Source: Chloroflexota bacterium (lineage in GTDB: Bacteria > Chloroflexota > Dehalococcoidia > Dehalococcoidales > JBDRCY01). From it: a DNA stretch of 64,000 nt. The stretch covers positions 2,813-66,812 of the forward strand of contig JBDRCY010000026.1 in assembly GCA_043821265.1 (NCBI GenBank), in the 5' to 3' direction. This document shows positions 1-9,102 of this stretch, piece by piece; within the stretch, counting starts at the first letter, position 1; the number at the start of each line of letters is the position of its first letter. A model generated the notes under the pieces. The model saw only the letters and a list, made by a program, of their open reading frames with translations. It made no database searches and was not told where the DNA came from. A program made the translations under genes and the position numbers.

Positions 1-177
1 TGACAGGAACATTCCCGCTTGCTGGCACACTTCATTATAAGTTGGAATATGGGCAACCGAACAAGCCACTATTCAAACAAACAAGGAGATATAAGCTAGA
101 TATTGACTTGGTTTATGAAGATGGGAATAGAGTGATAGAAGTTAGTGGCGATTGTGTATATGAGGTATATGAACGCA

Positions 178-360
178 TCAAGAAGTCAATTTTTCGTAAG
201 GCAAGTTCTCGGAATGAAGTAGCTTAAGTAGTGTATCCCTAAACAGATATGGGTTATCATGGTTACTGAACCGCCATTCCAGTTCGTCTAGGTAGCACTC
301 AAGGTGTTTGGTAGAGACTTTATGATAGGAACCCTTATTACTGTTTAGAGCAACCCCTGG
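178..360 (-). pseudogene. IS1595-family (ISXO2-like) transposase, C-terminal remnant only
   Basis: The last ~57 codons of ORF 178..519 read NSNKGSYHKVSTKHLECYLDELEWRFSNHDNPYLF, the conserved C-terminal block of IS1595/ISXO2-type transposases. No catalytic part is present. The upstream part of the ORF overlaps the Fe-S gene and looks like noise. It lies in AT-rich DNA. Confidence 0.5.
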
Positions 361-374
361 ATGTGGCCGGTATT

Positions 375-791
375 CTAGGTGCCCTCGGGGATTTCCCGGA
401 AGCTGACCAGGAGGTGTGAGCCGTCGCAGAACGGCATCCTCCGGGAGTGGCCGCAGCGGCAGAGGGCGAAGACCCGGCCGCTCGGTATCACCTCGCCGTC
501 CGGCGTAAGCAGCCGGCACTCGCCCTTAACCTTGTAGGGCCCGTTCTTTAAGACCTGGATGCTGATATCCTTCTCCTCGGCCTGTCCCGGCACTTCGTAG
601 CAGAGGGCCCCCGACGGGCAGGAGTCGATAACCCGCTTTATCTCCTGGGCATCGGCGGCATTGACGTCGACCCAGGGCTGTTTGTGGACGTCGAAGACGC
701 CGGGCAGCCCCTGGGTGCAATTAGCGGCATGAAAGCACTTATCGCTGTCCCAGAAGACCCTTAGTTTCTCATTCTCGTATACCCGTTTCAT
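375..791 (-). CDS. Fe-S protein: divergent 4Fe-4S mono-cluster ferredoxin domain fused to a CDGSH [2Fe-2S] domain
   Basis: 138 aa. The N-terminal half (VFWDSDKCFHAANC...SCPSGAL) looks like a divergent mono-cluster ferredoxin. The C-terminal CRCGHSRRMPFCDGSH fits the CDGSH signature C-x-C-x2-S-x3-P-x-C-D-G-S-H exactly. GAGGAGG Shine-Dalgarno upstream. Confidence 0.8.
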   Translation of the reverse strand: MKRVYENEKLRVFWDSDKCFHAANCTQGLPGVFDVHKQPWVDVNAADAQEIKRVIDSCPSGALCYEVPGQAEEKDISIQVLKNGPYKVKGECRLLTPDGEVIPSGRVFALCRCGHSRRMPFCDGSHLLVSFREIPEGT

Positions 792-816
792 GCCGTGCCT
801 CCTCGGCCCGGGGGTG

Positions 817-2532
817 TTACCTTTTCTCTTTTACCAGGGGCAGGGTAAAGATGAATTTACTGCCCTGGCCATATTCGCTCTCCATCCATATCTGGCCGCC
901 CCAGGCCTCGACGAACTCCCTGGTAAGTGATAGACCCAGTCCGGTGCCCCTTTTGACCCTGTCGGGCAGGGAGCCGGCCTGGGTGAAGGGTTCGAATATG
1001 CGCTGGTGGTCTTTTTTCCTGATGCCGATACCGGTATCGGATATGCTGACCCGGCACCAGCCATCCTGGCTATGCGCCTCGATGCCTATCTGGCCGCCCG
1101 GCGGTGTAAACTTGTTGGCGTTGCTCAGCAGGTTGATCAAGACTTGCCGCAGACGGTACTTATCGGCACGTACTCTGGGCAGGTTCTTCTCTAAGTTAAA
1201 CGTAAGGCGGTGTTGGTTTTCGTCCAGCATGGGTTGCATGGTTGTTAGCGCTTCGCTCGCTACGTCAGCCAGGTTCACATTCTCCAGCCCGAGCTTGAGT
1301 TTACCGGCCTCTATCTTGGACAGGTCGAGGACGTCGTCGATAAGGGCCAGCAGGTGCCGGCCGCTGGTTAGGATATCCTCCAGGCAGCGCCTTTGCTCGT
1401 CGTTGATTTCGCCGGTGGCGCCGTCCACCATCAGCTCGGAAAAACAGATGACGGAATTGAGCGGCGTGCGCAATTCATGGGACATGCCGGTATAGAACTC
1501 GCTCTTGGCCCGGTTGGCCGCTTCCAGTTCCTGGCGCAGTTTCACCTCCTGGGCATAGGACTCCTTCAGCTTCTCCTCCGACTTCTTGCGCTCGGTGATA
1601 TCGCGGACAATAGTCACGGCTGAGCCCACCTTGCCGTCTTTATCGTAGATGGGGGCCACGGTTACCGAGTAGTAGCGGGGATTCTCTCTCGGCCCCCCGG
1701 CATTTTCCACGCGAACTGTTTTGCCTTCATGAAAGGCACGCCGTATGGTGTCGGTCCGAAACCTGGCCGCTTCCTCGGGGACCAGCTCCCGGAAGGTCCG
1801 GCCGATGACATCGGCCGGTTCTTTGTTCAGGAATTTGGCCAAGGCCGGGTTGGCATACAGGAAGCGTCCGTCGTAGTCGTGTACCGAGATACCGTCGCCG
1901 CCCGATTCGGCCAGCGCCCGGTAATTCTCTTCACTCTCCCTCAGTGCCGCCTCGGCCCGCTTGTAGTTGGTGATATCGGTGAGAATAGCGCCCAGGCCGT
2001 CACCTACCTTAAAGGCCCTTATCGCCAGGTACTTGTCGCCGGATTTGGCTTGGGCCAAAAGGACATCGGCGTTATAGGGTTTTCCTGTCCTGATAACCTC
2101 CAGGTACTGCTGGTAAGTGTCTGTTTGACTGAGCCTTGGCGCCACATCCAGGATGTTCTGGCCGATAGCCTCTTCCATGGGCCAGTCGAACATCTTCACC
2201 CAGGCCTGGTTGACCTCGACGTAATTCAGCTTGGCATCGAGCAGGGCGAAACCATCGGTAGCGGAGTTCATGAAGCTGCTCAGCAGTTGCTGGCTATCCT
2301 TTAGCGCCGCCTCCATCCGATTACGCTCGGCGACCTCATTGCGCAATCTTTCATTGGCCTCGGCCAGCTCCCTGGTTCGTTCCTCAACCCGTGTTTCTAG
2401 CTCGTTGTGTCCCTTTGATAGCGTCTCTTCCGTCGGCTTATACCCGCTCTCTGATGGCTTCCCTTCAGTCGGCTGGCGCGCTGCTTTCTGTTTATTTATG
2501 ACCTTCTTTTTGGTCCTATCCTCATCCTTCAT
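817..2532 (-). CDS. Cytoplasmic PAS-domain sensor histidine kinase (no adjacent response regulator)
   Basis: 571 aa. Coiled-coil leader, two PAS-like segments, H-box GMSHELRTPLNSV, ATPase boxes NLLSNANKF, SDTGIGI, GTGLGLSL. No TM helices. Confidence 0.9.
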   Translation of the reverse strand: MKDEDRTKKKVINKQKAARQPTEGKPSESGYKPTEETLSKGHNELETRVEERTRELAEANERLRNEVAERNRMEAALKDSQQLLSSFMNSATDGFALLDAKLNYVEVNQAWVKMFDWPMEEAIGQNILDVAPRLSQTDTYQQYLEVIRTGKPYNADVLLAQAKSGDKYLAIRAFKVGDGLGAILTDITNYKRAEAALRESEENYRALAESGGDGISVHDYDGRFLYANPALAKFLNKEPADVIGRTFRELVPEEAARFRTDTIRRAFHEGKTVRVENAGGPRENPRYYSVTVAPIYDKDGKVGSAVTIVRDITERKKSEEKLKESYAQEVKLRQELEAANRAKSEFYTGMSHELRTPLNSVICFSELMVDGATGEINDEQRRCLEDILTSGRHLLALIDDVLDLSKIEAGKLKLGLENVNLADVASEALTTMQPMLDENQHRLTFNLEKNLPRVRADKYRLRQVLINLLSNANKFTPPGGQIGIEAHSQDGWCRVSISDTGIGIRKKDHQRIFEPFTQAGSLPDRVKRGTGLGLSLTREFVEAWGGQIWMESEYGQGSKFIFTLPLVKEKR

Positions 2533-2729
2533 ATACTGTTCATCTCCAGGGCAGGCAATGTTCTAGGCATGGCTGCTGCTGTCAAATTCTCTTTGCGGGT
2601 GTAGGCACAATATATGCCCGTAGCATGACAGTTGTCAATACTCTTTACCGCGTTTGGATTTTGAGAGGAGGTTTACGTAAGAGGGCATAATGGGTGGTGG
2701 GGTCGGTAGTCCAGCAGGCTGTTTATCCG

Positions 2730-4046
2730 TTATCCCTGCATCAGGCTGGGCAGCCATAGCGCTATCTGTGGGAATACCAGTACTAGGATTAGGGCTACGG
2801 CGTCGCAGTAGAGGAAGGGCAGGGCCGCTCGTACCATATCGCCAAAGGTGCTGTCGGGTGGGGCTACCCCTTTCATAATAAAGAGGTTTACGCCAAAGGG
2901 TGGCGTGGTATAACCCATCTCTACGGCTAGGAGGAACATTACTACGAACCACACCGGGTCAAAACCCAGGGTCTTGACCACAGGCACGAAGAGGGGCAGG
3001 CAGATCATCGTTATACCGCCTAAGGGCATGAACATACCCAGGATAATTACCACCACCTGCATACCGACGATGAGAATGATAGGGGCGAGGGGTAGGGAGG
3101 TGGCGAACTGAATCATACCGCGGCTGGCCCCGGTGGTCGCCAGGATCTGGCTATAGACCTTGGCCGTGGCGATAATCATAAATATCATTACCGAGATTTC
3201 CACGGTGCTGATAAGGGCCTTTTTTATCACCGGCCAGGTCAGCTTTTTATAGGCGGCCGCCAGGACAACGGTGGCCAGGGCGCCGGTGGCCGCAGCCTGT
3301 GAGGGGGTGGCGATGCCCAGCAGCATAACGCCCAGGACGGAGAAGATGATGAGAGCTAGTGGCAGGATATACTTTACTGCGGCCAGGAGCTTTTCGGAAA
3401 GGGGGATGTGGGCTACATCGTAGGCCGGGGCAAGGGATGGTTGAAGCCAGGACCGAATAATGATGTAGGCGGCATAGAGGATGGCCATCAAGAGGCCGGG
3501 GAGTATAATGGCAATCAGGAACTTGCCGATGGGTATCTCGGCGACGATGGCTAAGAATACGGCAATGCCGCTGGGAGGGATCATGATGGCCAGGCCGCCA
3601 CTGCCCAGGATAGGCCCCAGGGTCAGTGGTTTCTTGTAGCCCTGTTTTTCCATCTCCGGCACCAGTGTTGCCCCCAGCAGGGCTACCGAGGCCGAGCTGG
3701 AACCGGACAGGGTGGCAAATATGGTGCCCCCGAGCACTGCCAGCAGGCCTAATCGGCCGGGCAGGCGCCCCAACCACTTGTTCAGGGCATTCAGCATGTT
3801 GGGGGCTATCCCCGAATGGAACATCACGGCGCCCATGAGGACGAAGAGGGGCACCGGCAGCAGGATAAACTTGGCTATGGACTCCTTGATACCGAAGATA
3901 ACCTGGAGCAGGCCGACATCGCCGCGCCAGACGAAAAATGCTCCTATGGTGCATAGCACCAGAAAGCAGAACGCAACCGGCAGTCCGGTAAGCATTATGA
4001 TTACCAGGATGCCCAAAATTAGCGGGAGTAATACCCACCATTCCAT
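2730..4046 (-). CDS. dctM: TRAP transporter large permease
   Basis: 438-aa polytopic membrane ORF of DctM size and character, last gene of the dctP-dctQ-dctM order on the minus strand. Confidence 0.88.
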   Translation of the reverse strand: MEWWVLLPLILGILVIIMLTGLPVAFCFLVLCTIGAFFVWRGDVGLLQVIFGIKESIAKFILLPVPLFVLMGAVMFHSGIAPNMLNALNKWLGRLPGRLGLLAVLGGTIFATLSGSSSASVALLGATLVPEMEKQGYKKPLTLGPILGSGGLAIMIPPSGIAVFLAIVAEIPIGKFLIAIILPGLLMAILYAAYIIIRSWLQPSLAPAYDVAHIPLSEKLLAAVKYILPLALIIFSVLGVMLLGIATPSQAAATGALATVVLAAAYKKLTWPVIKKALISTVEISVMIFMIIATAKVYSQILATTGASRGMIQFATSLPLAPIILIVGMQVVVIILGMFMPLGGITMICLPLFVPVVKTLGFDPVWFVVMFLLAVEMGYTTPPFGVNLFIMKGVAPPDSTFGDMVRAALPFLYCDAVALILVLVFPQIALWLPSLMQG

Positions 4047-4092
4047 TAGTTTCTCTTACCTCGTTACTGGCTTATATTAATGCGGTCGCGTC

Positions 4093-4605
4093 TTATTCCT
4101 GGCGGCGTGATGTTCTCCATTTCTCCAGGTGGTGGTAGCTTCTTCGCACAAATTGGATGAAGAGTAAGAGGCTACCAAAAGGGATTATGCCGAGATAGAC
4201 AGCACTGGGGATATCTATGGCCAGTGTCTCGATGGTACCCCTATGGATATGCTCCAAGGTAGCCTGGGAGCCATACACCGCAAGGATGAGACAGACGATG
4301 GCGCTGATGATGGAGGTTACCACGGTAAGCATGGCCTGGGCGCCCGGATTTAACCGGGTAAGCACTATGTCCAGGCGCACGTGTCCTTCCCTTTGGAGCA
4401 GCCAGGCAGTGGATAGAAAGGTAATCCACAGCAGGCAGAGTGCAGTAACTTCCATCACCCAGTTTATCGGCTGGTTCAGCGATTTCGACAGCGAAATATC
4501 CAGGGATACAGCCAGCATTAAGAAGACGATGATTATAGCGGCTAGGATAGACAACACCATATTCAGGCGGTCGAAGACTGCCATGATTTTCTTCAGTACG
4601 TTCAT
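4093..4605 (-). CDS. dctQ: TRAP transporter small permease
   Basis: 170 aa with about 4 hydrophobic helices, positioned between the dctP-like and dctM-like genes. Confidence 0.8.
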   Translation of the reverse strand: MNVLKKIMAVFDRLNMVLSILAAIIIVFLMLAVSLDISLSKSLNQPINWVMEVTALCLLWITFLSTAWLLQREGHVRLDIVLTRLNPGAQAMLTVVTSIISAIVCLILAVYGSQATLEHIHRGTIETLAIDIPSAVYLGIIPFGSLLLFIQFVRRSYHHLEKWRTSRRQE

Positions 4606-4684
4606 AGCCCTGCCCTGTTCTCAGCGTTTGGCGGTGGTCGGGAGTAAAAAGGGTGTCTATAATTCCCTAAAACACTACAGGTTG

Positions 4685-4716
4685 ACGCTAGCAGGGAGCC
4701 TGCTCCCTGCTAGCGT
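4685..4716 (-). promoter_or_regulatory. Intercistronic perfect 15-bp inverted repeat (RNA hairpin) between dctP and dctQ
   Basis: ACGCTAGCAGGGAGC-CT-GCTCCCTGCTAGCGT, 36 nt downstream of the dctP stop. On the minus strand it is followed by ...GTGTTTTAGGG. Confidence 0.5.
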
Positions 4717-4751
4717 GCGGCTCTCTATTTACCTATTGCTTGGGCATCTGT

Positions 4752-5753
4752 TTACTTGCCGAAGGCTTTCTTCAGTTGGGCAAGATCCTCGGGGCTCAGC
4801 GCTGCCTCTATCTGTCGCCACTCAGCAGCGTCAGCCAGTGCTAGGAATCTCTGGGACTCGGCTGCTGACAGCGCAATTGGCTTGATGCCGGCGGCGGCAG
4901 CCTTGGCGAACATCTCCTTGTCGTTCTGCTCCCGCTCGGCCATCGCCTCTTTCTCCATCTCGGCGGCGACGTCCAGCATGAGGTTTTGCATCTTCTTGGG
5001 GACGCGGTTCCAGGAGTCCAGATTGCACATCAGGGTGGTGCCGGTCTGGTAGAAGGGCTGGTCGATGTAGTGCGTGATAACGTCGAAGGCGGAGTAGGAA
5101 CCCAGTGACGAACTGACGGTTACCCAGCCGTCCACTATCTTCCGTTCCAGAGAGGTGTGCATCTCCCCCTTGGCTATATTAGTGGGCACAGCGCCCAGGT
5201 CCTTCGCGAGCTCATTAAGTGAGCCTGTCGCCATCAATTTCTTGCCACTTAGACCGTCCAGGTTATCCACCGGTGTGTTGAGCCAGATATAGAGTTGCTG
5301 GCCAAAGGTCATCTTGCCCAGGTAGCGCACGTTCAGCGTCTTGGCGTGCTGGTCAACCCAGAAGTCATATACGCCCGTGTTATGGTCCGTTGGCGGGTCA
5401 TAGGGCGCAATCTCCATAGCGGCAATGGATGGCATGAGCTTCTTGTAATAGGCCGGTATGGTAAGAATTATGTCCACCACGCCGTTCTTGAGGGCCTCCG
5501 GCTGCTCGAAGCCAGGGATTACCTCCGGGCCACCCTTGTAATTAATAACCAGTTGCCCCTTGGCGCGCTCGTTGACCCGGGCAATATACTCGGTGAGAAC
5601 CTGGCCGATGATGTTGTTCTCCGGCAGTGCCGAGACGGCATCGAGCTCCACGACTTCCGCGGGGGCACCGCAGCCAGAGACCAGCGGTAGCGTGGTTATG
5701 ACCAATGCCAGGCAGATAGCCAGTGTCAGGGTAAATGCTTTCTTGTGCTTCAT
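4752..5753 (-). CDS. dctP: TRAP transporter substrate-binding protein (DctP/SiaP family), probable lipoprotein
   Basis: 333 aa. Signal peptide ending LVSGC. Alignable by eye to the SiaP region MKGLKLRVPNAATNLA...VDGQEN (here LSGKKLMATGSLNELA...VDGWVT). Confidence 0.85.
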   Translation of the reverse strand: MKHKKAFTLTLAICLALVITTLPLVSGCGAPAEVVELDAVSALPENNIIGQVLTEYIARVNERAKGQLVINYKGGPEVIPGFEQPEALKNGVVDIILTIPAYYKKLMPSIAAMEIAPYDPPTDHNTGVYDFWVDQHAKTLNVRYLGKMTFGQQLYIWLNTPVDNLDGLSGKKLMATGSLNELAKDLGAVPTNIAKGEMHTSLERKIVDGWVTVSSSLGSYSAFDVITHYIDQPFYQTGTTLMCNLDSWNRVPKKMQNLMLDVAAEMEKEAMAEREQNDKEMFAKAAAAGIKPIALSAAESQRFLALADAAEWRQIEAALSPEDLAQLKKAFGK

Positions 5754-5817
5754 TTCTCACTCCTTTCAGTAGATTATTTGGGGCCTTAGCGCTATCTCAT
5801 TGAGCTGTTCTCTTCGT

Positions 5818-7740
5818 TTACAGTTCTCGACTGACGCGAAAAGCGTCATGGATAGCATCCACGATTAAGCGGGGCTGGACGCAGTCCCCAACAGTGTATA
5901 GCTCGACCTTGCCGGTTAGCTGTTCCACAATGGCCCGGTTCGATTGCGCGGGTGGGGCTAGTATAATGGTATCGGCCTCGATGAACTCGACGTAGCCCCG
6001 CTTATCCTCGCTGGTAATGGCCACGCCGTAGCTCATTATTTTGTCCACCTTGAAGTCGGTCTCAATCCTCACTCCGCGTTCCTTGAGCCGGGTGAGCAAA
6101 AACGGTCTGGTGGAGATGCCGACATCGCCGGCTATGGGGCCTAAGCCCATGGCCCTGACGATAGTAACCTTTTTACCTTGGTCCGCCAGGAACTCAGCCG
6201 TCTCACAGCCGACTCGCCCGCCACCAATGATAACGACCTTGTCGCCGACCTTCTTCCCCGCCAGCACGTCCCATGCCTGGGCTACATTAGCCTCGTCCAT
6301 TCCGGGGAAGGTGGGGGTGGCCGGTGTGGCCCCGGTGGCCACTATTACCACATCGGGCTTGATTTCGGCTACCAGTTCGGGGGTAACCTCCTGCCCCAGG
6401 CGAATATCAACTCCCAGCTTACTCACCTGGGTGCTGAGATAGTTGGTGAGATTGGCGATGTCCTGTTTATAGGGCGGGACGCAGGCAAGCAGTAGCTGTC
6501 CGCCCAGTTTATTTTTCTTCTCACAGAGGGTAACCTGATGGCCCCTCAGGCTGCTTACTCTGGCGGCTTCCAGACCGGCCGGCCCACCACCGGCTATCAG
6601 CACCTTCTTGCGTTTTGGCGCCGGCGTAACTTCGTAGCCTCTACTCTTACCCAGGGTAGCGTTCACCGAGCATTCACTGGCTAGGCGGTAGCAGCGCTGG
6701 TCGTAGCAGTGGTTGCAGTATATGCACTGCCGTATATCGTCCAGCCGCCCCTCCCTGGCCTTGTTGGGCATTTCCGGGTCGGCAAACAAGGGCCGTCCGA
6801 AGGCTATCAGGTCGGCTTTACCCTCTGCTAAAACCTTCTCCGCCATAACGGCGTTGATTCTGCCGACGGCGATTACCGGTATCTTGACCGCCTTCTTGAT
6901 GCCCTCTGCCAGGTCAATCAGGCAGCCGTGAGGCAGGAAATATGGCTGTATATACCACTGTCTGGTCTCGGCAATCCCGGCCGAAACATCGAGGCAGTCC
7001 ACCCCAGCCTCCTCCAGCCGCCGGGCGATGAGGCTGGTATCTCTCGGGGTAAGCCCGCCGGGCACGTGTTCGTCGGCGCTCAGGCGGAAGATTATGGGGT
7101 AGTCCGGGCCTACCGTGTCCCTGACGTGTCTAACAATATCGAGGGCAAATTTCATTCTCCCGGCCATATCTCCACCGTATTTATCGGTTCTCTTATTGGT
7201 GTAGGGAGAGAGGAATTGATTGATGAGGTAACCGTGGGCGCCATGGATTTCGACGGCATCAAAGCCAGCATCCTGCGACCTTTTGGCGGTGAGAGCGAAC
7301 TTCTCCACTATATCTTCAATCTCGGTAATGGTAAGCTCACGGGGCATTTGCCGGTACACCATGCAGGGTATGGCTGAGGGGGCTACCAGGTTGCGCTCGG
7401 CGTCGGAGGGATTCTGCCGGCCGTTATGGGTAATCTGAGGGGCAATCTTCGCCTCGTGGGCATGTACGGCATCGACCATTCTTCTCCAACCTGGGATAAA
7501 GACGTCGCTGTTGATGGCCATTACCGGGGCGGCACGTCGGTGTTGTAGGATGCTTATGGCCTCAACGATTATCAGGCCGATACCGCCCTCGGCCATGCGG
7601 GCGTAGTGGTCGGTGCGCAGCGCGGAGATTTCGCCGCCATTATTGTCCAAGCCGGTATTCATGGCGGCCATCACGGTGCGATTGCGTAGCTGCATCTTGC
7701 CGATGCGGGTTGGCTTAAAAAGCAGGGGTAAACTCATCAT
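5818..7740 (-). CDS. Old-yellow-enzyme-type FMN oxidoreductase fused to a 4Fe-4S and FAD/NAD(P) module (2,4-dienoyl-CoA reductase / 2-enoate reductase class)
   Basis: 640 aa. LFKPTRIGKMQLRNRTVMAAM, HGAHGYLINQFLSPYTNKRTDKYGG, Cys cluster CIYCNHCYDQRC, Rossmann VLIAGGGPAGLEAA. Confidence 0.85.
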   Translation of the reverse strand: MMSLPLLFKPTRIGKMQLRNRTVMAAMNTGLDNNGGEISALRTDHYARMAEGGIGLIIVEAISILQHRRAAPVMAINSDVFIPGWRRMVDAVHAHEAKIAPQITHNGRQNPSDAERNLVAPSAIPCMVYRQMPRELTITEIEDIVEKFALTAKRSQDAGFDAVEIHGAHGYLINQFLSPYTNKRTDKYGGDMAGRMKFALDIVRHVRDTVGPDYPIIFRLSADEHVPGGLTPRDTSLIARRLEEAGVDCLDVSAGIAETRQWYIQPYFLPHGCLIDLAEGIKKAVKIPVIAVGRINAVMAEKVLAEGKADLIAFGRPLFADPEMPNKAREGRLDDIRQCIYCNHCYDQRCYRLASECSVNATLGKSRGYEVTPAPKRKKVLIAGGGPAGLEAARVSSLRGHQVTLCEKKNKLGGQLLLACVPPYKQDIANLTNYLSTQVSKLGVDIRLGQEVTPELVAEIKPDVVIVATGATPATPTFPGMDEANVAQAWDVLAGKKVGDKVVIIGGGRVGCETAEFLADQGKKVTIVRAMGLGPIAGDVGISTRPFLLTRLKERGVRIETDFKVDKIMSYGVAITSEDKRGYVEFIEADTIILAPPAQSNRAIVEQLTGKVELYTVGDCVQPRLIVDAIHDAFRVSREL

Positions 7741-7884
7741 CTGAAATCCTTTGAGTTAGCTTATTTTATTTATCACGGCTTGTCAAGTAAGAATATCCAT
7801 TGCGATGTCTAATGCGGCGTGGTGCCGGTAGGGCAGTTGATAATCTTGGCCGGTATTTTTATTTAAAAAAGGCCCTAAAAGGGG

Positions 7885-7913
7885 TTGACAAAGCTCAGGA
7901 TATGCCCTATACT
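7885..7913 (+). promoter_or_regulatory. Sigma-70-like promoter for the ferredoxin/hisH/glutamate synthase operon
   Basis: TTGACA (7885-7890), 17-nt spacer, TATACT (7908-7913), about 55 nt upstream of the ATG at 7969. Confidence 0.5.
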
Positions 7914-7968
7914 AAGGAAGTAGGAAACCGTTTACCGTATCAGTGAAGTGCTGGCAGGGGATAATATA

Positions 7969-8430
7969 ATGAAAAGGGTATATGTCAAGGAATCGGTTTG
8001 CATCGGTTGTCGCCTCTGTGAGGTGTATTGCCAGCTGGCATATTCACAATCGGAGGATTTAATCAAGGCCTTTAAGAAGGAATCACCCCGGTCCTTGCCT
8101 CGGGTCAGGGTAGAGGTGAATAGCCCGGTATCATTCTCGGTGCGTTGCCAGCACTGTAGCGAGCCTTCCTGTGTCTATGCCTGCCTCACCGGAGCCCTCC
8201 AGAAGGACCCGGAAAGCGGTATTGTTACCATCGACGAAGAGCGCTGTATGAACTGCGGCACCTGTATACTGGTCTGTCCCTTGGCGGCCATAAAGCGGGA
8301 TACGCAGCAGGGGAAGATGCTTAAATGCGACCTGTGCTCGGGGAAGGATATGCCGGTGTGTGTGGCTAAATGCCCCAATGAGGCGCTGGTCTATGAAGAG
8401 GCCAAAGAAGCGTTTACTATTTATAGTTAA
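7969..8430 (+). CDS. Poly-4Fe-4S ferredoxin-like protein
   Basis: CIGCRLCEVYC, CQHCSEPSCVYAC, CMNCGTCILVCP, CDLC...CVAKCP. ATG at 7969 preferred over the GTG at 7948 given in the ORF track. Confidence 0.8.
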   Translation: MKRVYVKESVCIGCRLCEVYCQLAYSQSEDLIKAFKKESPRSLPRVRVEVNSPVSFSVRCQHCSEPSCVYACLTGALQKDPESGIVTIDEERCMNCGTCILVCPLAAIKRDTQQGKMLKCDLCSGKDMPVCVAKCPNEALVYEEAKEAFTIYS

Positions 8431-8439
8431 GGAAAACCG

Positions 8440-9072
8440 ATGACTAAGGACAATACGGTGGCCATAATTGATTACGGTGCGGGCAACCTGCGTAGTGTGG
8501 CTAATGCAATCGCCAGGCTGGGCTACCGGGTCAGCATAACTACCAGCCCGGACGAGGTGCTTAGGGCTAAGGCAGTGGTACTGCCCGGTGTGGGCGCGGC
8601 GGCTGATACTATGCGGAGTCTGCGGACCCTGGGGCTGGCCAGCCCGGTCCGTCAACTTGTCGCTGCAGGCCGACCCTTTCTGGGAGTCTGTATCGGCCTG
8701 CAGGTCTTATTTACCGGCACCGAGGAGGGCGGCGGGCACGAGTGTCTCGATATCATTTCCGGCAGGGTGAAGAGGCTGCCACCGGGGCTCAAGATTCCGC
8801 ATATAGGATGGAATCAGGTAAAGCAGATGGGTTCCCATCCCGTGTTCGACGGTATACCGGACGAGGCCAATTTCTACTTTGTGCATAGTTACTATGCGGA
8901 GCCGGAGGATAAATCGCTGGTCGCTGGTGAAACGGACTATGGTATTACCATAAGCAGCGTAGTTACCAGGGGTAACTTGGTGGCGACCCAGTTTCACCCG
9001 GAGAAAAGTGGGGAGCTGGGTCTCCGGATGTATGACAATTTCATGAAGCTGGCCGGGGTAAATCATGGGTAA
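8440..9072 (+). CDS. hisH: Imidazole glycerol phosphate synthase, glutamine amidotransferase subunit
   Basis: 210 aa. IIDYGAGNLRSV, nucleophile GVCIGLQ, HSYY, ATQFHPEKSG. Confidence 0.9.
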   Translation: MTKDNTVAIIDYGAGNLRSVANAIARLGYRVSITTSPDEVLRAKAVVLPGVGAAADTMRSLRTLGLASPVRQLVAAGRPFLGVCIGLQVLFTGTEEGGGHECLDIISGRVKRLPPGLKIPHIGWNQVKQMGSHPVFDGIPDEANFYFVHSYYAEPEDKSLVAGETDYGITISSVVTRGNLVATQFHPEKSGELGLRMYDNFMKLAGVNHG

Positions 9073-9102
9073 ATCCGCCAGGGGCACAATGGCAGGGAAA
9101 AA

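Noticed and set aside
42-227. 61-codon plus-strand ORF at the left edge
   Set aside because: It has a TTG start, no Shine-Dalgarno and no motif. It also overlaps the better-supported transposase remnant on the other strand.
361-519. Upstream part of the 113-codon ORF that contains the transposase stub
   Set aside because: It overlaps the ferredoxin::CDGSH gene and is Pro/Arg/Gly-rich with no transposase similarity. Only the last ~57 codons look real.
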